A DNA stretch of 64,000 bases from an uncultured Candidatus Rokubacteria bacterium (GCA_963762145.1 CAVXJS010000011.1:288001-352000); one strand, 5' to 3'; counted from the first letter of the stretch, positions 47,054 through 57,891 are shown. The notes: generated from the letters alone by a model not told the origin. Program-made: numbers and translations.

Positions 47054-47815
47054 GGGGTGACCCAGCCGCCCGCGAACGGGATGACCTGGCCGATGAAGAA
47101 GTCGGCGTCCTCGGAGGCCAGGTACACGGCGAGGCGGGCGGATTCCTCGCTGCGCGCGAGCCGGCCCGGCCGGGATGTGCTTGACCATGCGCGCGAGCCG
47201 GACGGGGTCGGCGGTGAGGGCGGGCGGGAAGTACGTCGGGTTCTCGACGTAGTTCTGGGCGATCGCGTTGACCTGGATGCCGTCCTCCGCGACCTCGCGC
47301 CCGACCGCCTTGGTGAGCCCGTTGACGCCGGCGCGCGCCGCGGTGTAGGCCGCGTAGTTGCGGGAGGCCGGGGAAGGCCGCGGCGGAGGACATGTTGATG
47401 ATCTTGCCGCGCCCGGCCGGCCGCATCACGCGCAGCGCGGCGCGCAGGCAGTAGAACGGCTCGTCGAGCAGCCGCGCCATCATCTCGCGCCACGCCGCGT
47501 CGGTGATCTCCTCGGTCGGGCTGCCCGGAGGGCGGGTGGGCGTTGTTGTTGACGAGGATGTCGAGGCGGCCGAAGCGCGCCGACCACCGCCGTCGACCAC
47601 GCGGTCGGCCTCGCCCGAGCGGCTGAGGTCGCCGCCGAGCGACGAGCACGTCGCGGCCGAGGCGCTCGGCGATGCGCGCGAAGCGGCGCGATCGCCGCCT
47701 CGTCCCGGTCGTGCAGCGCCACCGAGGCGCCCTCGCGGCAGAACTCCTCGGTGATGGCGGGGCCCATGAAGTGGCTGACGTTGGTGATGAGCGCGACCTT
47801 GCCGGTGAGCTTCAT
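47050..47815 (-). CDS. Halohydrin dehalogenase (SDR-related), multiple frameshifts
   Basis: TNVSHFMG (T-x4-F-x-G), S-x12-Y-x3-R (SAAAFPGLPNYAAYTAAR after removing one base), NAIAQNYVENPTYFP, GQVIPFAGGW. Confidence 0.8.
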
Positions 47816-47896
47816 GCGTGGCTCACGAGCGTACGCGGGACTTCGCGGCCGCGCAAGGCCGTGGTAACGTGAGAGCGCGCGGGCAAGGGAGGTGCC

Positions 47897-50500
47897 GTGG
47901 CCGTGAGAGCGGCTCCTCGAGTCGTTCAAGGCCCGCTACCAGTTTCCCCTCGACGACTTCCAGCTCCGGGCCATCGCGGCGATCCACGACGGCAGTCGGT
48001 GATCGTGTCCGCGCCGACCGGCGCCGGCAAGACCCTGGTGGCCGAGTTCGCCATCCACGCGCGCGCTCAACCGCGGCCGCCGCATCGCCTACACCACGCC
48101 GCTGAAGGCGCTCTCCAACCAGAAGTACGCCGACTTCGTGCCGCCAGTTCGGCGCCGAGCAGGTCGGCATCCTCACCGGCGACGTCAAGGTCAACTCCGC
48201 GCGCGCCCGCTGGTGGTGATGACCACCGAGATCCTGCGCAACATGTTCTACACCGGCGGGCTCGAGGGCCTCGAGACGGTGGTGCTCGACGAGTGCCACT
48301 ACATGGGCGACGAGGGGCGCGGGACGGTGTGGGAGGAGATCATCGTCAACTGCCCGCAGGACGTCGCGCTGGTCGCGCTGTCCGCCACCGTGCGCGAACG
48401 TCGACGAGATCGCCGACTGGATCAGCCTCGTGCACCGGCCCATCGTGGCCATCACCCATCCGCACCGCCCGGTGCCGCTGCAGTACCTGGTCGCCGACCT
48501 GTCGGGCGAGATCCACGCCTACGACGCCGTCCGCCACGGCAAGGTGCGCCTGCTCGGCGAGGAGCGCGAGGGCGGCTACAACGACCGCGGGCGCTGGTAC
48601 ACGCGCCGGGTCGTCGATCCCACCGTGATGCTCGACGAGCTGGAGGCCGCGGGTGGCTGCCCGCGATCTACTTCATCTTCAGCCGCGCGGGCTGCGAGCG
48701 CGCGATGGAGACGGTGCTCGCCGAGGGCAAGCCGCTGCTGACGCGCGAGCAGCAGCGGCAGGTGGACGAGGCGATCCGCGAGCAGATCACCGACAACCCG
48801 ACCATCGCGGAGTCGCCGCTCAACCAGACCATCTTCCAGGCGCTCGGCATGGGCGTGGGCCTCCACCACGCGGGGATTCTGCCCACCGTGAAGCGCCTCA
48901 TCGAGCTGCTCTTCGAGCGCGGCCTCTGCAAGGTGGTGTTCGCCACCGAGACGATGTCGCTCGGCATCCACATGCCGGCCAAGAGCGTGGTGCTCCAGTC
49001 GCTGACCAAGCGCACCGACCGGGGCTTCCGCAGCCTGACCCACAACGAGCTGACCCAGATGGCGGGGCGCGCGGGCCGCCGCGGCATCGATCCCGAGGGC
49101 AAGTGCGTGATGGCCCTCGACGTGCGCGACGGGCTCGACGACATGCGGCGGGTGGTCGACGGCCCGCCCGAGCCGATCGCGAGCCAGTTCAAGCTGGGCT
49201 ACGGCTCGGTCGCGCTCCTGCTCTCGACCGGGCAACGACCTGGCGACGATCCGGCGCATCGTCGAGTCCTCGTTCGGCCAGTACCAGAACCTGAAGCGCA
49301 TCCGCGGCGCTCGAGGCCGAGGTGGCGAGCCTGGAGATGGCGGTGGACGACGCGCGCGGCTTTCACGCGCCCGTGCGGCGACTTCTCGCGCATCGGCCGC
49401 TACCGCCAGGCGCGCGCCGAGGTCGAGGCGGCGCGCATGGCGCGCGGGCGGGGCGGGCGGCGCGGCCGCGCCGCGGCCGACGCGGAGCCCGGGCGGCTCG
49501 CGCTGGTGCGGCGCAAGAGCGGCGGCCAGCCTCGGCCTCATCGTGCGGGGTGGACCGGCGGCGCCACCGCGATCTCATCCAGCGTGCTGCTGCCCCACGG
49601 CGGCACCGTGCAGATGAAGGAGGGCAACGTCAAGCGCGTGTTCTGGCAGACGCCGCCGCATGCACGTCCCGCGCGACTGGGAGCGGCGCACCCGCGGCCT
49701 CACCGAGCAGATGGCCCGCCTCTCGGTGCCCGAGCTGATCGAGCGCGAGAAGAGCCAGGGGCCCGAGGCGCGCGCTCGCCGCGATCGAGTGCCACCGCTG
49801 CCCGTGGGGCTCGCAGGGCCGCTGCGAGCAGGCCTGGAAGGGCCTCGACGGCTGGAGCGCCAGCTCGCCCAGAAGCGGGAGACGCTCGACGCCTTCAGCA
49901 ACGCCTACTGGCAGGAGTTCCTCCGGGTCGTCGAGGTGCTCGAGCACTTCGGCGCGGTGCAGGACGGCAAGCTCCTCGGCCAAGGGCCAGCTCATCGCCG
50001 GGCTCCGCCACGACAACGAGCTGCTGGTGGCCGAGATGGTCGACCGCGGCGTCCTCGCGCGACACCACGCTCGCCGAGGCGGCCGCGCTCTGCTCGTGGC
50101 TCATCGAGGAGTCGCGCTCGGGCGACGGCGCGGTGGCGCGGCTCTTCCTCAAGAAGCGGCCCAAGCTCAGGCACAAGCTCCAGGAGATGGAGTCGATCGC
50201 CGACACCGTCCTCGAGGTCGCAGCGGCGGCACGGCAGCTGCCGATGCCGGTCGGCCATCTCCACCGGCTTCATGCCGTCGGTGTTCCGGTGGGCTTCGGG
50301 CGAGGACGACTGGTCCGCCATCGTGGAGGAGTCCTTCGGCGGCCACGAGGGGGATCTGATCCGCGCCATGCGCCGGCTCATCGACGTGCTCCGCCAGCTC
50401 GCGGAGTCGCCCGAGGTGCGAGCCGGTGGTGGCCGGCCTCCTCGGCCGGGCGGCCCGCGTCATCGACCGCGGCATCGTGCTGGAGTCGGCCCTGATTTGA
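47897..50500 (+). CDS. Ski2-like DEAD/DEAH RNA helicase (HelY family), many frameshifts
   Basis: APTGAGKT, TPLKALSNQK, MTTEILRNM, DECH, LSAT, HHAGILP, QMAGRAGRRG, EGDLIRAMRRLIDVLRQL. Confidence 0.85.
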
Positions 50501-50538
50501 CGGGCTGGCGGGCTCCCGTAGATATAATGGGCCCAGGT

Positions 50539-51081
50539 ATGATGAAGGCTGCGATGAGCCGATTGACCCGCTCCTCCCTTCGGCTGACCACGGGCCGACT
50601 GGCCGCGGCGGCGGCGCTGCTGACCGCCGCGTGCATCACGCCCGAGCCCGTGCTCGAGCGGACCTCCCGCGGCCCCAACGCCGAGGAGTTCTTCATCATG
50701 CAGTCGTACGCGACCAACGGCCGGAGCCCGAACTTCGACGAGAAGCGCGTGTGGCGCGACCAGATGGACGAGAAGGTTTTCAAGTATCTCCGCGAGCACC
50801 CCGAGCTCGAGAACACCTCGCGCTACAGCGAGTTCCGCTTCTGGCGCCAGGTGACCACCGGCAGCACCCCCGCCGAGGTGAAGGTCCTGCTCGGGGAGCC
50901 CCGCGAGCAGACCATCGACACCGCCCTGATGGCCTTCTGGGGCGAGCAGCACTGGCAGGCGGTCCGCACCACCGCCAAGGAAGCCTGGGTGTATCCGCTC
51001 GGCTGGGTCATCTTCTTCGACGACAAGGGCGTGGTCGACACGCTCCGGCGGGTCTCGCCGCTCGACACTCAGACCGAGTAG
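50539..51081 (+). CDS. Putative lipoprotein
   Basis: LLTAAC lipobox; GSTPAEVKVLLGEP...WVY (BamE/SmpA-like); TATAAT at 50523. Confidence 0.7.
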   Translation: MMKAAMSRLTRSSLRLTTGRLAAAAALLTAACITPEPVLERTSRGPNAEEFFIMQSYATNGRSPNFDEKRVWRDQMDEKVFKYLREHPELENTSRYSEFRFWRQVTTGSTPAEVKVLLGEPREQTIDTALMAFWGEQHWQAVRTTAKEAWVYPLGWVIFFDDKGVVDTLRRVSPLDTQTE

Positions 51082-51085
51082 CCGC

Positions 51086-51739
51086 GTGCTAGACTTGGGC
51101 GTCTTTTCTACGACGCCCATGCCCAACGCTGCCCTCACGTGGATCGAGCCGGGAGCGAGCGCCACCCTCATCTGGCACGGCGCGGCGGCGTCCCGGTCCG
51201 ACGGCGGCCGGCTCTACGTGGTGTCCGGCCCCATCCTGGAGCAGCCCCCCGCGTCGCCCTACTTCATCCTGGCCGCCGAGGAAGACGGAGACTTCGCGGA
51301 CCGGCTCTATCGCGGCCAGGTGGCGCTGCCCGAGCTCCGCGCCTTCCTGGCCCGCTGCCGCGTGGCCCGCGGCGAGCTGGTGGACGATCAGCAGTACGTC
51401 GCCACCGCGGAGGAGCTGCCGGTCCTCGCGGTCCTCGACGCGTGGCGCGACCGGCCCGGCCCCCCCGCGCTGCCGTATCTCGACGACATCAACGCGTTCA
51501 TGCCCGCCTCCGCCCCGCTCTACGTGACCGCGGAGGCCCACGCGGCCGCGCAGCAGGAGGCCGAGCAGTTCGGCACCGCGTGGGTCTGCGACGAGTGCGG
51601 AGAAGCCGAGGACGCGGGGATCTTCTTCTGGACCGTGCACCGCGGGCCGGCGGTGCGCGTGTGCTTTCTCATCCACAACGACGCCGGGGTCTGGACCTGC
51701 CGGCTCCACCCGTTCGAGTTCGCGAAGGAGACCGCATGA
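51086..51739 (+). CDS. Hypothetical protein with Cys/His-rich C-terminus
   Basis: 217-aa ORF; WVCDECGE...C.LIHN...WTCRLHP; stop overlaps the ggt start. Confidence 0.7.
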   Translation: MLDLGVFSTTPMPNAALTWIEPGASATLIWHGAAASRSDGGRLYVVSGPILEQPPASPYFILAAEEDGDFADRLYRGQVALPELRAFLARCRVARGELVDDQQYVATAEELPVLAVLDAWRDRPGPPALPYLDDINAFMPASAPLYVTAEAHAAAQQEAEQFGTAWVCDECGEAEDAGIFFWTVHRGPAVRVCFLIHNDAGVWTCRLHPFEFAKETA

Positions 51740-53466
51740 TCCGCTCCACCCTCAGCGTGACCAAGCACACCCCGAGCGCGCGCGCCCTGGTGGCCGCCGA
51801 GCACCCGCTCGGGGCCGAAGTGGGCGCGGGCATCCTGGCCCGCGGCGGCAATGCGGTGGACGCGGCGGTCGCCACCGCGTTCGCGATGACGGTGGTGGAG
51901 CCCTTCATGTCCTCGGTGGCCGGCGGCGGCACCATGCTCGTGCACCTGGCCCGGCGCGGCGAGACGATCGCGCTCGACTTCAACGTGCAGGCCCCCGCGG
52001 CCTGTCACGAGAGCTGCTACGAGCTGGGCGAGGGGGTGGCGCAGGCCCTGTTCCCGTGGCGCCGCGTGGTGGGCGACGCCAACAACTTCGGCCCGAAGTC
52101 GGTGGCGATTCCCGGCTCGGTGGCCGGGCTCTGCCTGGCCCTCGAGCGGTACGGCACGATGGACCTCGCCGACGTGATGGCCCCCGCGATCACGCTGGCC
52201 GAGAAGGGCTTCGAGGTGGACTGGTACCACGCGCTGACCATCGGGCCGCACTGCGACGAGCTCGACGTCTTCCCGGAGACCGCGCGCAGCTATCTGCGCG
52301 ACGGCCACTACGTGTACCGCCCGGCCTCGAGCATGCCCGCCGACGTGCTGCGCCAGCCGGACCTCGGCCGCAGCCTGCGGCTCATCGCCAAGGACGGCCC
52401 CAAGGCCTTCTACCGCGGCGCGATCGCCCAGGCCATCGACGAGGAGATGCGCCGCACCGGCGGCTTCCTGCGCGCGAGCGATCTCGCGGGCTACGCGCCG
52501 CGCGTGGTCGAGCCGCTGACCATGACCTATCGCCGGCTCGAGCTGGCCTTCTCTCCCGGCGCCACCGGCGGGCCGACCGCGGTGGAGATGCTCAACATCC
52601 TGGCCCGCTTCCCGGCCGCGAAGGTGGGATACGAGACGGCGGGCGGCCTCCACCTGCGCGCGGAGGCGGTGCGCTACGCGTTCCTCGACCGGCTGCGGCA
52701 CCTGGCCGATCCGCTCGCGGTGCGCGTGCCGTGGCGCGGGCTGGCCTCGAGCGAGCACGCGCAGGAGGTGGCCGCGGGTCTCCGGGCCGCCGGCCCGCGC
52801 AGCGACGCCAAGCTGCCGGACGCGTGGGCGCACGACGCGGCGGTCGGCGGCCTCGGGCGGGGGACGATGGCGGTGGCGCGCGGCCGCCGCCGGCTGCCCA
52901 CCGACGGCAGCGACTGCACCACCCACATCTGCGCGGTGGACCGTCAGCGCAACATGGTCTCGCTGACCAATACCGCGGTCTCCCTCTTCGGCTCGCGCAT
53001 GGTGGTGCCGGGCACCGGCATCCTGCTCCAGAACGGGATGCTCTGGTTCGATCCGGAGCCGGGCCGCGCGAACTCGGTCGCGGCGGGCAAGCGGCCGGTC
53101 GTGAACATGGTGCCCGCGCTGGGCTTCCGGCAGGGCGAGCCCTACCTCACGGTGGGAGCGCCGGGCGGGCGCAAGATCGTCTCGGCCATCCCGCAGGTGA
53201 TCGCCAACATCGCGGACCAGGGCGATACCCCGCAGGCGGCCATCGAGGCGCCGCGCCTGCACACCGAGGGCGGCGAGCTCTGGGTGGACGATCGGGTGGG
53301 CGAGCGGTCCCTCGCCGCGCTGCGGAAGATGGGCCACGCCGTGGTCCCGAAGCACCAGGCCTACGGCACCATCCACTTCGCGCGGCCGGTGGCGATCCGG
53401 ATCGGGCGGCGCGGCCTCGAGGCCGGCCTCGATCACCTGAACGCCGCCGCGGCGGCGGGAATCTAG
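51736..53466 (+). CDS. ggt: Gamma-glutamyltransferase family protein
   Basis: GGNAVDAAVA, VVEPFMS, TTHICAVD autoprocessing Thr, GILLQNG, GAPGG. Confidence 0.9.
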   Translation: MIRSTLSVTKHTPSARALVAAEHPLGAEVGAGILARGGNAVDAAVATAFAMTVVEPFMSSVAGGGTMLVHLARRGETIALDFNVQAPAACHESCYELGEGVAQALFPWRRVVGDANNFGPKSVAIPGSVAGLCLALERYGTMDLADVMAPAITLAEKGFEVDWYHALTIGPHCDELDVFPETARSYLRDGHYVYRPASSMPADVLRQPDLGRSLRLIAKDGPKAFYRGAIAQAIDEEMRRTGGFLRASDLAGYAPRVVEPLTMTYRRLELAFSPGATGGPTAVEMLNILARFPAAKVGYETAGGLHLRAEAVRYAFLDRLRHLADPLAVRVPWRGLASSEHAQEVAAGLRAAGPRSDAKLPDAWAHDAAVGGLGRGTMAVARGRRRLPTDGSDCTTHICAVDRQRNMVSLTNTAVSLFGSRMVVPGTGILLQNGMLWFDPEPGRANSVAAGKRPVVNMVPALGFRQGEPYLTVGAPGGRKIVSAIPQVIANIADQGDTPQAAIEAPRLHTEGGELWVDDRVGERSLAALRKMGHAVVPKHQAYGTIHFARPVAIRIGRRGLEAGLDHLNAAAAAGI

Positions 53467-53469
53467 GCC

Positions 53470-53781
53470 ATGGCCGAGGTCACGCTCACCGCTGCATTCT
53501 CCACCGTGCCCGCGCCGGAGCAGGAGGCGATCAAGCGCCTGCTCACCGAGACCATCGAGCAGCTCGCCCAGGAGGACAAGAGCTTCTCCCGGGCCCGCGT
53601 GGTGTTCACCGAGTCGGACGAGCGCTGCGGGCTCACCGCCGAGCTCGACGGGGTGAAGAAGGAAGGCGTGCCGCTGTCCATCGACATCGAGCAGCTCGAG
53701 GACGCCCAGACCGGCGCGGGCGCCCGGGCGCAGCTCAAGGAAGCGCTGCGCCTCTACTTCCGGCGGGTGATGGGGAAGTGA
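53470..53781 (+). CDS. Hypothetical protein
   Basis: 103-aa ORF tightly coupled within the operon. Confidence 0.7.
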   Translation: MAEVTLTAAFSTVPAPEQEAIKRLLTETIEQLAQEDKSFSRARVVFTESDERCGLTAELDGVKKEGVPLSIDIEQLEDAQTGAGARAQLKEALRLYFRRVMGK

Positions 53782-54518
53782 CCGACGCGGGAGTGCTGCT
53801 CTTCGTGCACGGCGGCTGCACGTTCACGGTCGCCGACGGAGTGCAGCCGCCCAAGGCGGGCTCGCTGCTGTTCTGCCGCCACCTGCCGGTCTGCGCGGGC
53901 GATCGGGTGCTCGAGATCGGCACCGGGATCGGCCTGGCCGCGGTGCTGGCCGCGCGGGCCGGGGCGCGCGTGGTGGCGACCGACCTGGTCGAGGCGGCGG
54001 TGCGCTGCGCGCGCGCGAACGCGGTGGTCAACGGCGTGGCGGATCGCGTCGAGGTGCTCGCGGGCGACGGCTTCGCGCCGGTGCGCGGGCGCGTCTTCGA
54101 CCTGATCTGCACGAGCCCGCCCCAGATGCCCACCCCGCCCGATCGCGAGCGCGCCGACGCGACGGCGGCGGCCGACAACGGCGGCCGCGACGGCTGGGCC
54201 CTGCTCGACCGGGTGATCGCGGGCGCCCCCGCGCACCTCGCACTGGGCGGCCGGCTGGTCTTCACGCTCTTCGGCTTCCTCGGGGTCAAGGCGGCGCTCG
54301 CCCGGCTCCACGCCGCGGGGCTCGAGCCCGCGATCCTGGGCCAGGAGACGCAGGCCTTTCCGCGCATCGGCTACGAGCGCATCGAGCACATTCGCGCCCT
54401 CGACGCCGAAGCCACCCTGCCGGCCCAGGGGTGGCCCGTCACGGTCGAGCGCTACGTGATTCAGGGGACTTGGCAGGGAAGCAGGCCGGGGACCCGGACG
54501 GAGGATCGATCGCGATGA
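53778..54518 (+). CDS. HemK/PrmC-like small methyltransferase
   Basis: VLEIGTGIG, FDLICTSPPQ, GGRDG motifs. Confidence 0.8.
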   Translation: MTDAGVLLFVHGGCTFTVADGVQPPKAGSLLFCRHLPVCAGDRVLEIGTGIGLAAVLAARAGARVVATDLVEAAVRCARANAVVNGVADRVEVLAGDGFAPVRGRVFDLICTSPPQMPTPPDRERADATAAADNGGRDGWALLDRVIAGAPAHLALGGRLVFTLFGFLGVKAALARLHAAGLEPAILGQETQAFPRIGYERIEHIRALDAEATLPAQGWPVTVERYVIQGTWQGSRPGTRTEDRSR

Positions 54519-55273
54519 AGCCGGCGCGCAATCTCATCGTCAACGCCGACGACTACGGCCTCACCGCGGGGGTGAGCCGCGGCATCCTGGACTCGCACCG
54601 GCGCGGGATCGTGACGAGCACGACCCTGCTCGTCAACCGCCCGGTCGACCCCGCGCTCATCGACGCGCTGAAGGCCTCCGGGATGGGCGTGGGGCTGCAC
54701 ATGAACCTCACGCTGGGGCCGCCGGTGGCGCCCGCAAAGCGCGTGGCCTCGCTCCTCACCGCGGAGGGTACGTTCACGCGCGACGCGCGCGAGGCCGCGC
54801 AGCGCGCCCGGCCGGACGAGGCGCGCATCGAGCTCGGCATGCAGATCGACGAGTTCCGGACGATCATGGGGCGGTTCCCCACCCATCTGGACTCCCACCA
54901 CCACGTCGGCCGGCAGGAGCCGATCCTGGAGCTGGTGCTGGACTTCGCGCGCGCCATCAAGGTGCCGGTGCGCACGCAGGACGCGGAGGTGCGCGCGGCG
55001 GCGCGCAAGCTCGCGCTCAAGACGCCGGATCACTTCATGGGCGAGTCGGGTCCCGACGCGTACTGGTCGTCCGAGCGCGTGCTCGCGCACCTGCGTGAGC
55101 TGCCGGGCGGCGTGACCGAGTTCATGACCCATCCCGGCTACTTCGACGACGACCTCGCCTACAGCCGCTACGGGCGTCAGCGGGACGTCGAGCTCGCCGG
55201 CCTGACCGATCCGGCCGCCCGCGCCCTCGTCGAGCGGGAGGGCATCCGGCTCATGCACTTCGGGGACCTCTAG
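54515..55273 (+). CDS. ChbG/YdjC family carbohydrate deacetylase
   Basis: IVNADDYG, GLHMNLT, PTHLDSHHH, EFMTHPGY. Confidence 0.9.
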   Translation: MKPARNLIVNADDYGLTAGVSRGILDSHRRGIVTSTTLLVNRPVDPALIDALKASGMGVGLHMNLTLGPPVAPAKRVASLLTAEGTFTRDAREAAQRARPDEARIELGMQIDEFRTIMGRFPTHLDSHHHVGRQEPILELVLDFARAIKVPVRTQDAEVRAAARKLALKTPDHFMGESGPDAYWSSERVLAHLRELPGGVTEFMTHPGYFDDDLAYSRYGRQRDVELAGLTDPAARALVEREGIRLMHFGDL

Positions 55274-55280
55274 GGCACGC

Positions 55281-56225
55281 GTGGCCCCCGACGTCGTCAT
55301 CGGGGTGGACGTGGGCGGGACGACCGTGGCCGCGGGCCTCGTGGCCGCGGATGGACGGGTGCTCGAGCATCAGCAGGCGCCCACGCACGCGCGCGGCCCG
55401 GGCACCGCGCTGGACGCGATCGGCGAGCTGCTCGACGGGCTCGCCGAGCAGGCCCGGGCCCGGGGCGTGACGGTCACCGGGATCGGCCTCGGCGTGGCCG
55501 GAATCGTGGACGCCGAGCGCGGGGCGATGGGCGTGGACGTCCACTACATCCCCGAGCTGGCCCGCGCGCCGCTCGCCGCCATGCTGGCCGACCGTCTTCG
55601 CGTACCCGTCTACGTGGACAACGACGTCAACGCGCTCGCGCTGGCCGAGTGGACGTGGGGCGCCGGACGCGGGGCGCGGTCGCTCGTCATGCTGGCCCTG
55701 GGTACCGGGGTCGGCGGCGGCATCATCCTCGACGGCCGGCTGCACCGCGGCGCGAGTGGCTTCGGCGGCGAGCTCGGTCACGTGCCGGTCGACTTCAACG
55801 GACCGCCCTGCATCTGCGGCGGGCGCGGCTGCCTCAAGTCCTACGTGTCGGGCACCGACATCGGGCGGCGCGGCGGCGCGCGCCTCGGGCGTCCGGTGAG
55901 CGCGGCCGAGGTCTTCCGGCTCGCGGCGGCCGGCGACGCGGGGGCGGACGCGGTGGTGGAGGAGGCCTGCGCCGCCCTCGGGGCGGGGCTGGCCATCATC
56001 GTGAACGGGCTCGACCCGGAGCGGGTCCTGCTGGCGGGCAGCGTGGCCAAGTCGCTCCGGCCCATCGAGGCGCGGGTGCGCGCGGCCCTGGCCCGGTACG
56101 CGTTCGCGGAGGCGCTGCGCGCGACGCACCTCGAGATCCTGACCCTCGACAAGGACGCGACGGTGCGGGGCGGCGCCGCGCTGGTCCACTACGAAACCCA
56201 GCGACGGAGGAGGGCGACGTCATGA
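55281..56225 (+). CDS. ROK family sugar kinase
   Basis: GVDVGGT, DNDVNA, LGTGVGGG, GELGH, CICGGRGCL. Confidence 0.9.
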   Translation: MAPDVVIGVDVGGTTVAAGLVAADGRVLEHQQAPTHARGPGTALDAIGELLDGLAEQARARGVTVTGIGLGVAGIVDAERGAMGVDVHYIPELARAPLAAMLADRLRVPVYVDNDVNALALAEWTWGAGRGARSLVMLALGTGVGGGIILDGRLHRGASGFGGELGHVPVDFNGPPCICGGRGCLKSYVSGTDIGRRGGARLGRPVSAAEVFRLAAAGDAGADAVVEEACAALGAGLAIIVNGLDPERVLLAGSVAKSLRPIEARVRAALARYAFAEALRATHLEILTLDKDATVRGGAALVHYETQRRRRATS

Positions 56226-57271
56226 AAGCCATCACGCTTCACGGACCGGGCGACGTGCGGGTGGAATCGGTGCCGGACCCGCGCATCGTGGATCCCACCG
56301 ACGCGGTGCTCCGCATCACGACCAGCGCGGTCTGCGGCTCCGACCTGCACCAGTACCACGGGCGGGTGGCCGGGCTCGATCCGGGGATCGTGATGGGCCA
56401 CGAGTTCATGGGCGTCGTCGAGGAAGTCGGCTCCGCGGTGCGGCAGATCAAGAAGGGCGACCGCGTGCTCGCGCCCTTCTCGATCTCGTGCGGCTTCTGC
56501 GAGTGGTGCCGGATGCGGCTGCCCACCCAGTGCGCCACCACCGGCCGCGCGGTGTTCGGCGGGCGCTTCGGCAAGCAGTACCCGGGCGGCCAGGCGGAGG
56601 CCATCCGGGTGCCGTTCGCCGACCACATGTGCGAGCCGGTCCCCGCCGGGATGACCGACGAGCAGGTGTTCTTCCTGGGCGACATCCTCTCCACCGGCTA
56701 CGTCTGCGCCGAGAACGCGGGGATCCGTCCCGGCGACACGGTGGCGGTGTTCGGCGCCGGTCCCGTCGGCCTGCTCGCGCTGCAGTCGGCGCATCTCTTC
56801 GGGCCGAGCCGCGTCTTCGTGGTGGACCGCGTGGACTACCGCCTGAAGCTCGCGGAGGAGCTCGGTGGCATTCCGGTGAATCTCGACCGCGGCGATCCCG
56901 CCGAGCAGCTGCGCGCCCAGACGCGCGGCCGTGGCCCCGACGCGGTGCTGGAGTGCGTCGGCCACGAGGCGCCGTTCACGCAGGCCATCCAGGCGGTGCG
57001 CGCGGGCGGCACCGTCTCCTCGGTGGGGGTCTACGTGGAGCCGTCCATGGGTTTCCCGGCGCGGGAGGCGTTCTTCAAGGACCTCACGCTGCGCATGGGC
57101 ATCTGCAACGCGCGCAACTTCATCACGCCCCTCATGCCGCTGATCCAGAGCGGGCGCCTGCAGCCCACGCGCATCATCACGCACACGATGCCGCTCGCGG
57201 ACACCCCGAAGGGGTACGCGATCTTCGATCGCAAGGAGGACCGCGCGATCAAGGTGATGCTCAAGCCCTGA
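56222..57271 (+). CDS. Zn-dependent alcohol/formaldehyde dehydrogenase family
   Basis: CGSDLH, GHEFMG, CGFCEWC, GDILSTG, GAGPVG. Confidence 0.9.
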   Translation: MKAITLHGPGDVRVESVPDPRIVDPTDAVLRITTSAVCGSDLHQYHGRVAGLDPGIVMGHEFMGVVEEVGSAVRQIKKGDRVLAPFSISCGFCEWCRMRLPTQCATTGRAVFGGRFGKQYPGGQAEAIRVPFADHMCEPVPAGMTDEQVFFLGDILSTGYVCAENAGIRPGDTVAVFGAGPVGLLALQSAHLFGPSRVFVVDRVDYRLKLAEELGGIPVNLDRGDPAEQLRAQTRGRGPDAVLECVGHEAPFTQAIQAVRAGGTVSSVGVYVEPSMGFPAREAFFKDLTLRMGICNARNFITPLMPLIQSGRLQPTRIITHTMPLADTPKGYAIFDRKEDRAIKVMLKP

Positions 57272-57372
57272 GCCTGGCACACCGCTTGCTCCCTTAGTCC
57301 CACAGCCTCATCCAGGGACCACTCCGGTGCCCAGACGGACAGGTCTGACACCGAAGTGACGGAGAAGCGAAC

Positions 57373-57879
57373 ATGGACCCGAACGGCAGCCCCTTCCGCC
57401 GTCCGCCCCCACGGCCGACCTCCCGGCCCCGCCGGAGCGGGTTCGGGCCGGTTCCCGCCGCGCCCTTGACCGCCGACGTCAGGCATGCACCGGCGAGGCG
57501 CGTGCGAGCCCGCAGCGTACGCCCCGCCTCGTACCGCCTGGCCGCGGGCGCCTTCTACCTGGTCGCCGCGCTGACGCTGCTCGACGTCGCGCTCTCCTTC
57601 GCCTGGCACCACCCGGGCGTCATCTTCGGGCTCGGCCTGCCCCGCTGGGTGACCGGCGCAGTCCCGGTCGCCTGGATGGCCGTGCCGTTCATCCTGGGCT
57701 TCCTGCTCGTCGGGCGGCTCGTCCAGCGGAGGCGGCTCTGGGTGTTCGCGCTCGGCGCCGCGGTGTACGCGCTGGACGGCCTGATCGTCGTCGCGGCCCA
57801 CGACTGGGTGGCAGTGGCGATCCACACGGTCCTGCTCGCGCTGATGGTTCGGAGCCTGGACGTGGGGCGCCGGCCCTAG
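57373..57879 (+). CDS. Hypothetical membrane protein
   Basis: GGAG RBS; about four hydrophobic segments after a basic N-terminus. Confidence 0.65.
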   Translation: MDPNGSPFRRPPPRPTSRPRRSGFGPVPAAPLTADVRHAPARRVRARSVRPASYRLAAGAFYLVAALTLLDVALSFAWHHPGVIFGLGLPRWVTGAVPVAWMAVPFILGFLLVGRLVQRRRLWVFALGAAVYALDGLIVVAAHDWVAVAIHTVLLALMVRSLDVGRRP

Positions 57880-57891
57880 CCGGCGCGGGCG

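Noticed and set aside
47100-50450. Dense frameshifts in the halohydrin dehalogenase and helicase as pseudogenisation or programmed frameshifting
   Set aside because: Indels cluster by region across unrelated genes, motifs and codon bias are intact, and no slippery sites are evident. Low-coverage long-read errors are more likely; reads are needed to confirm.
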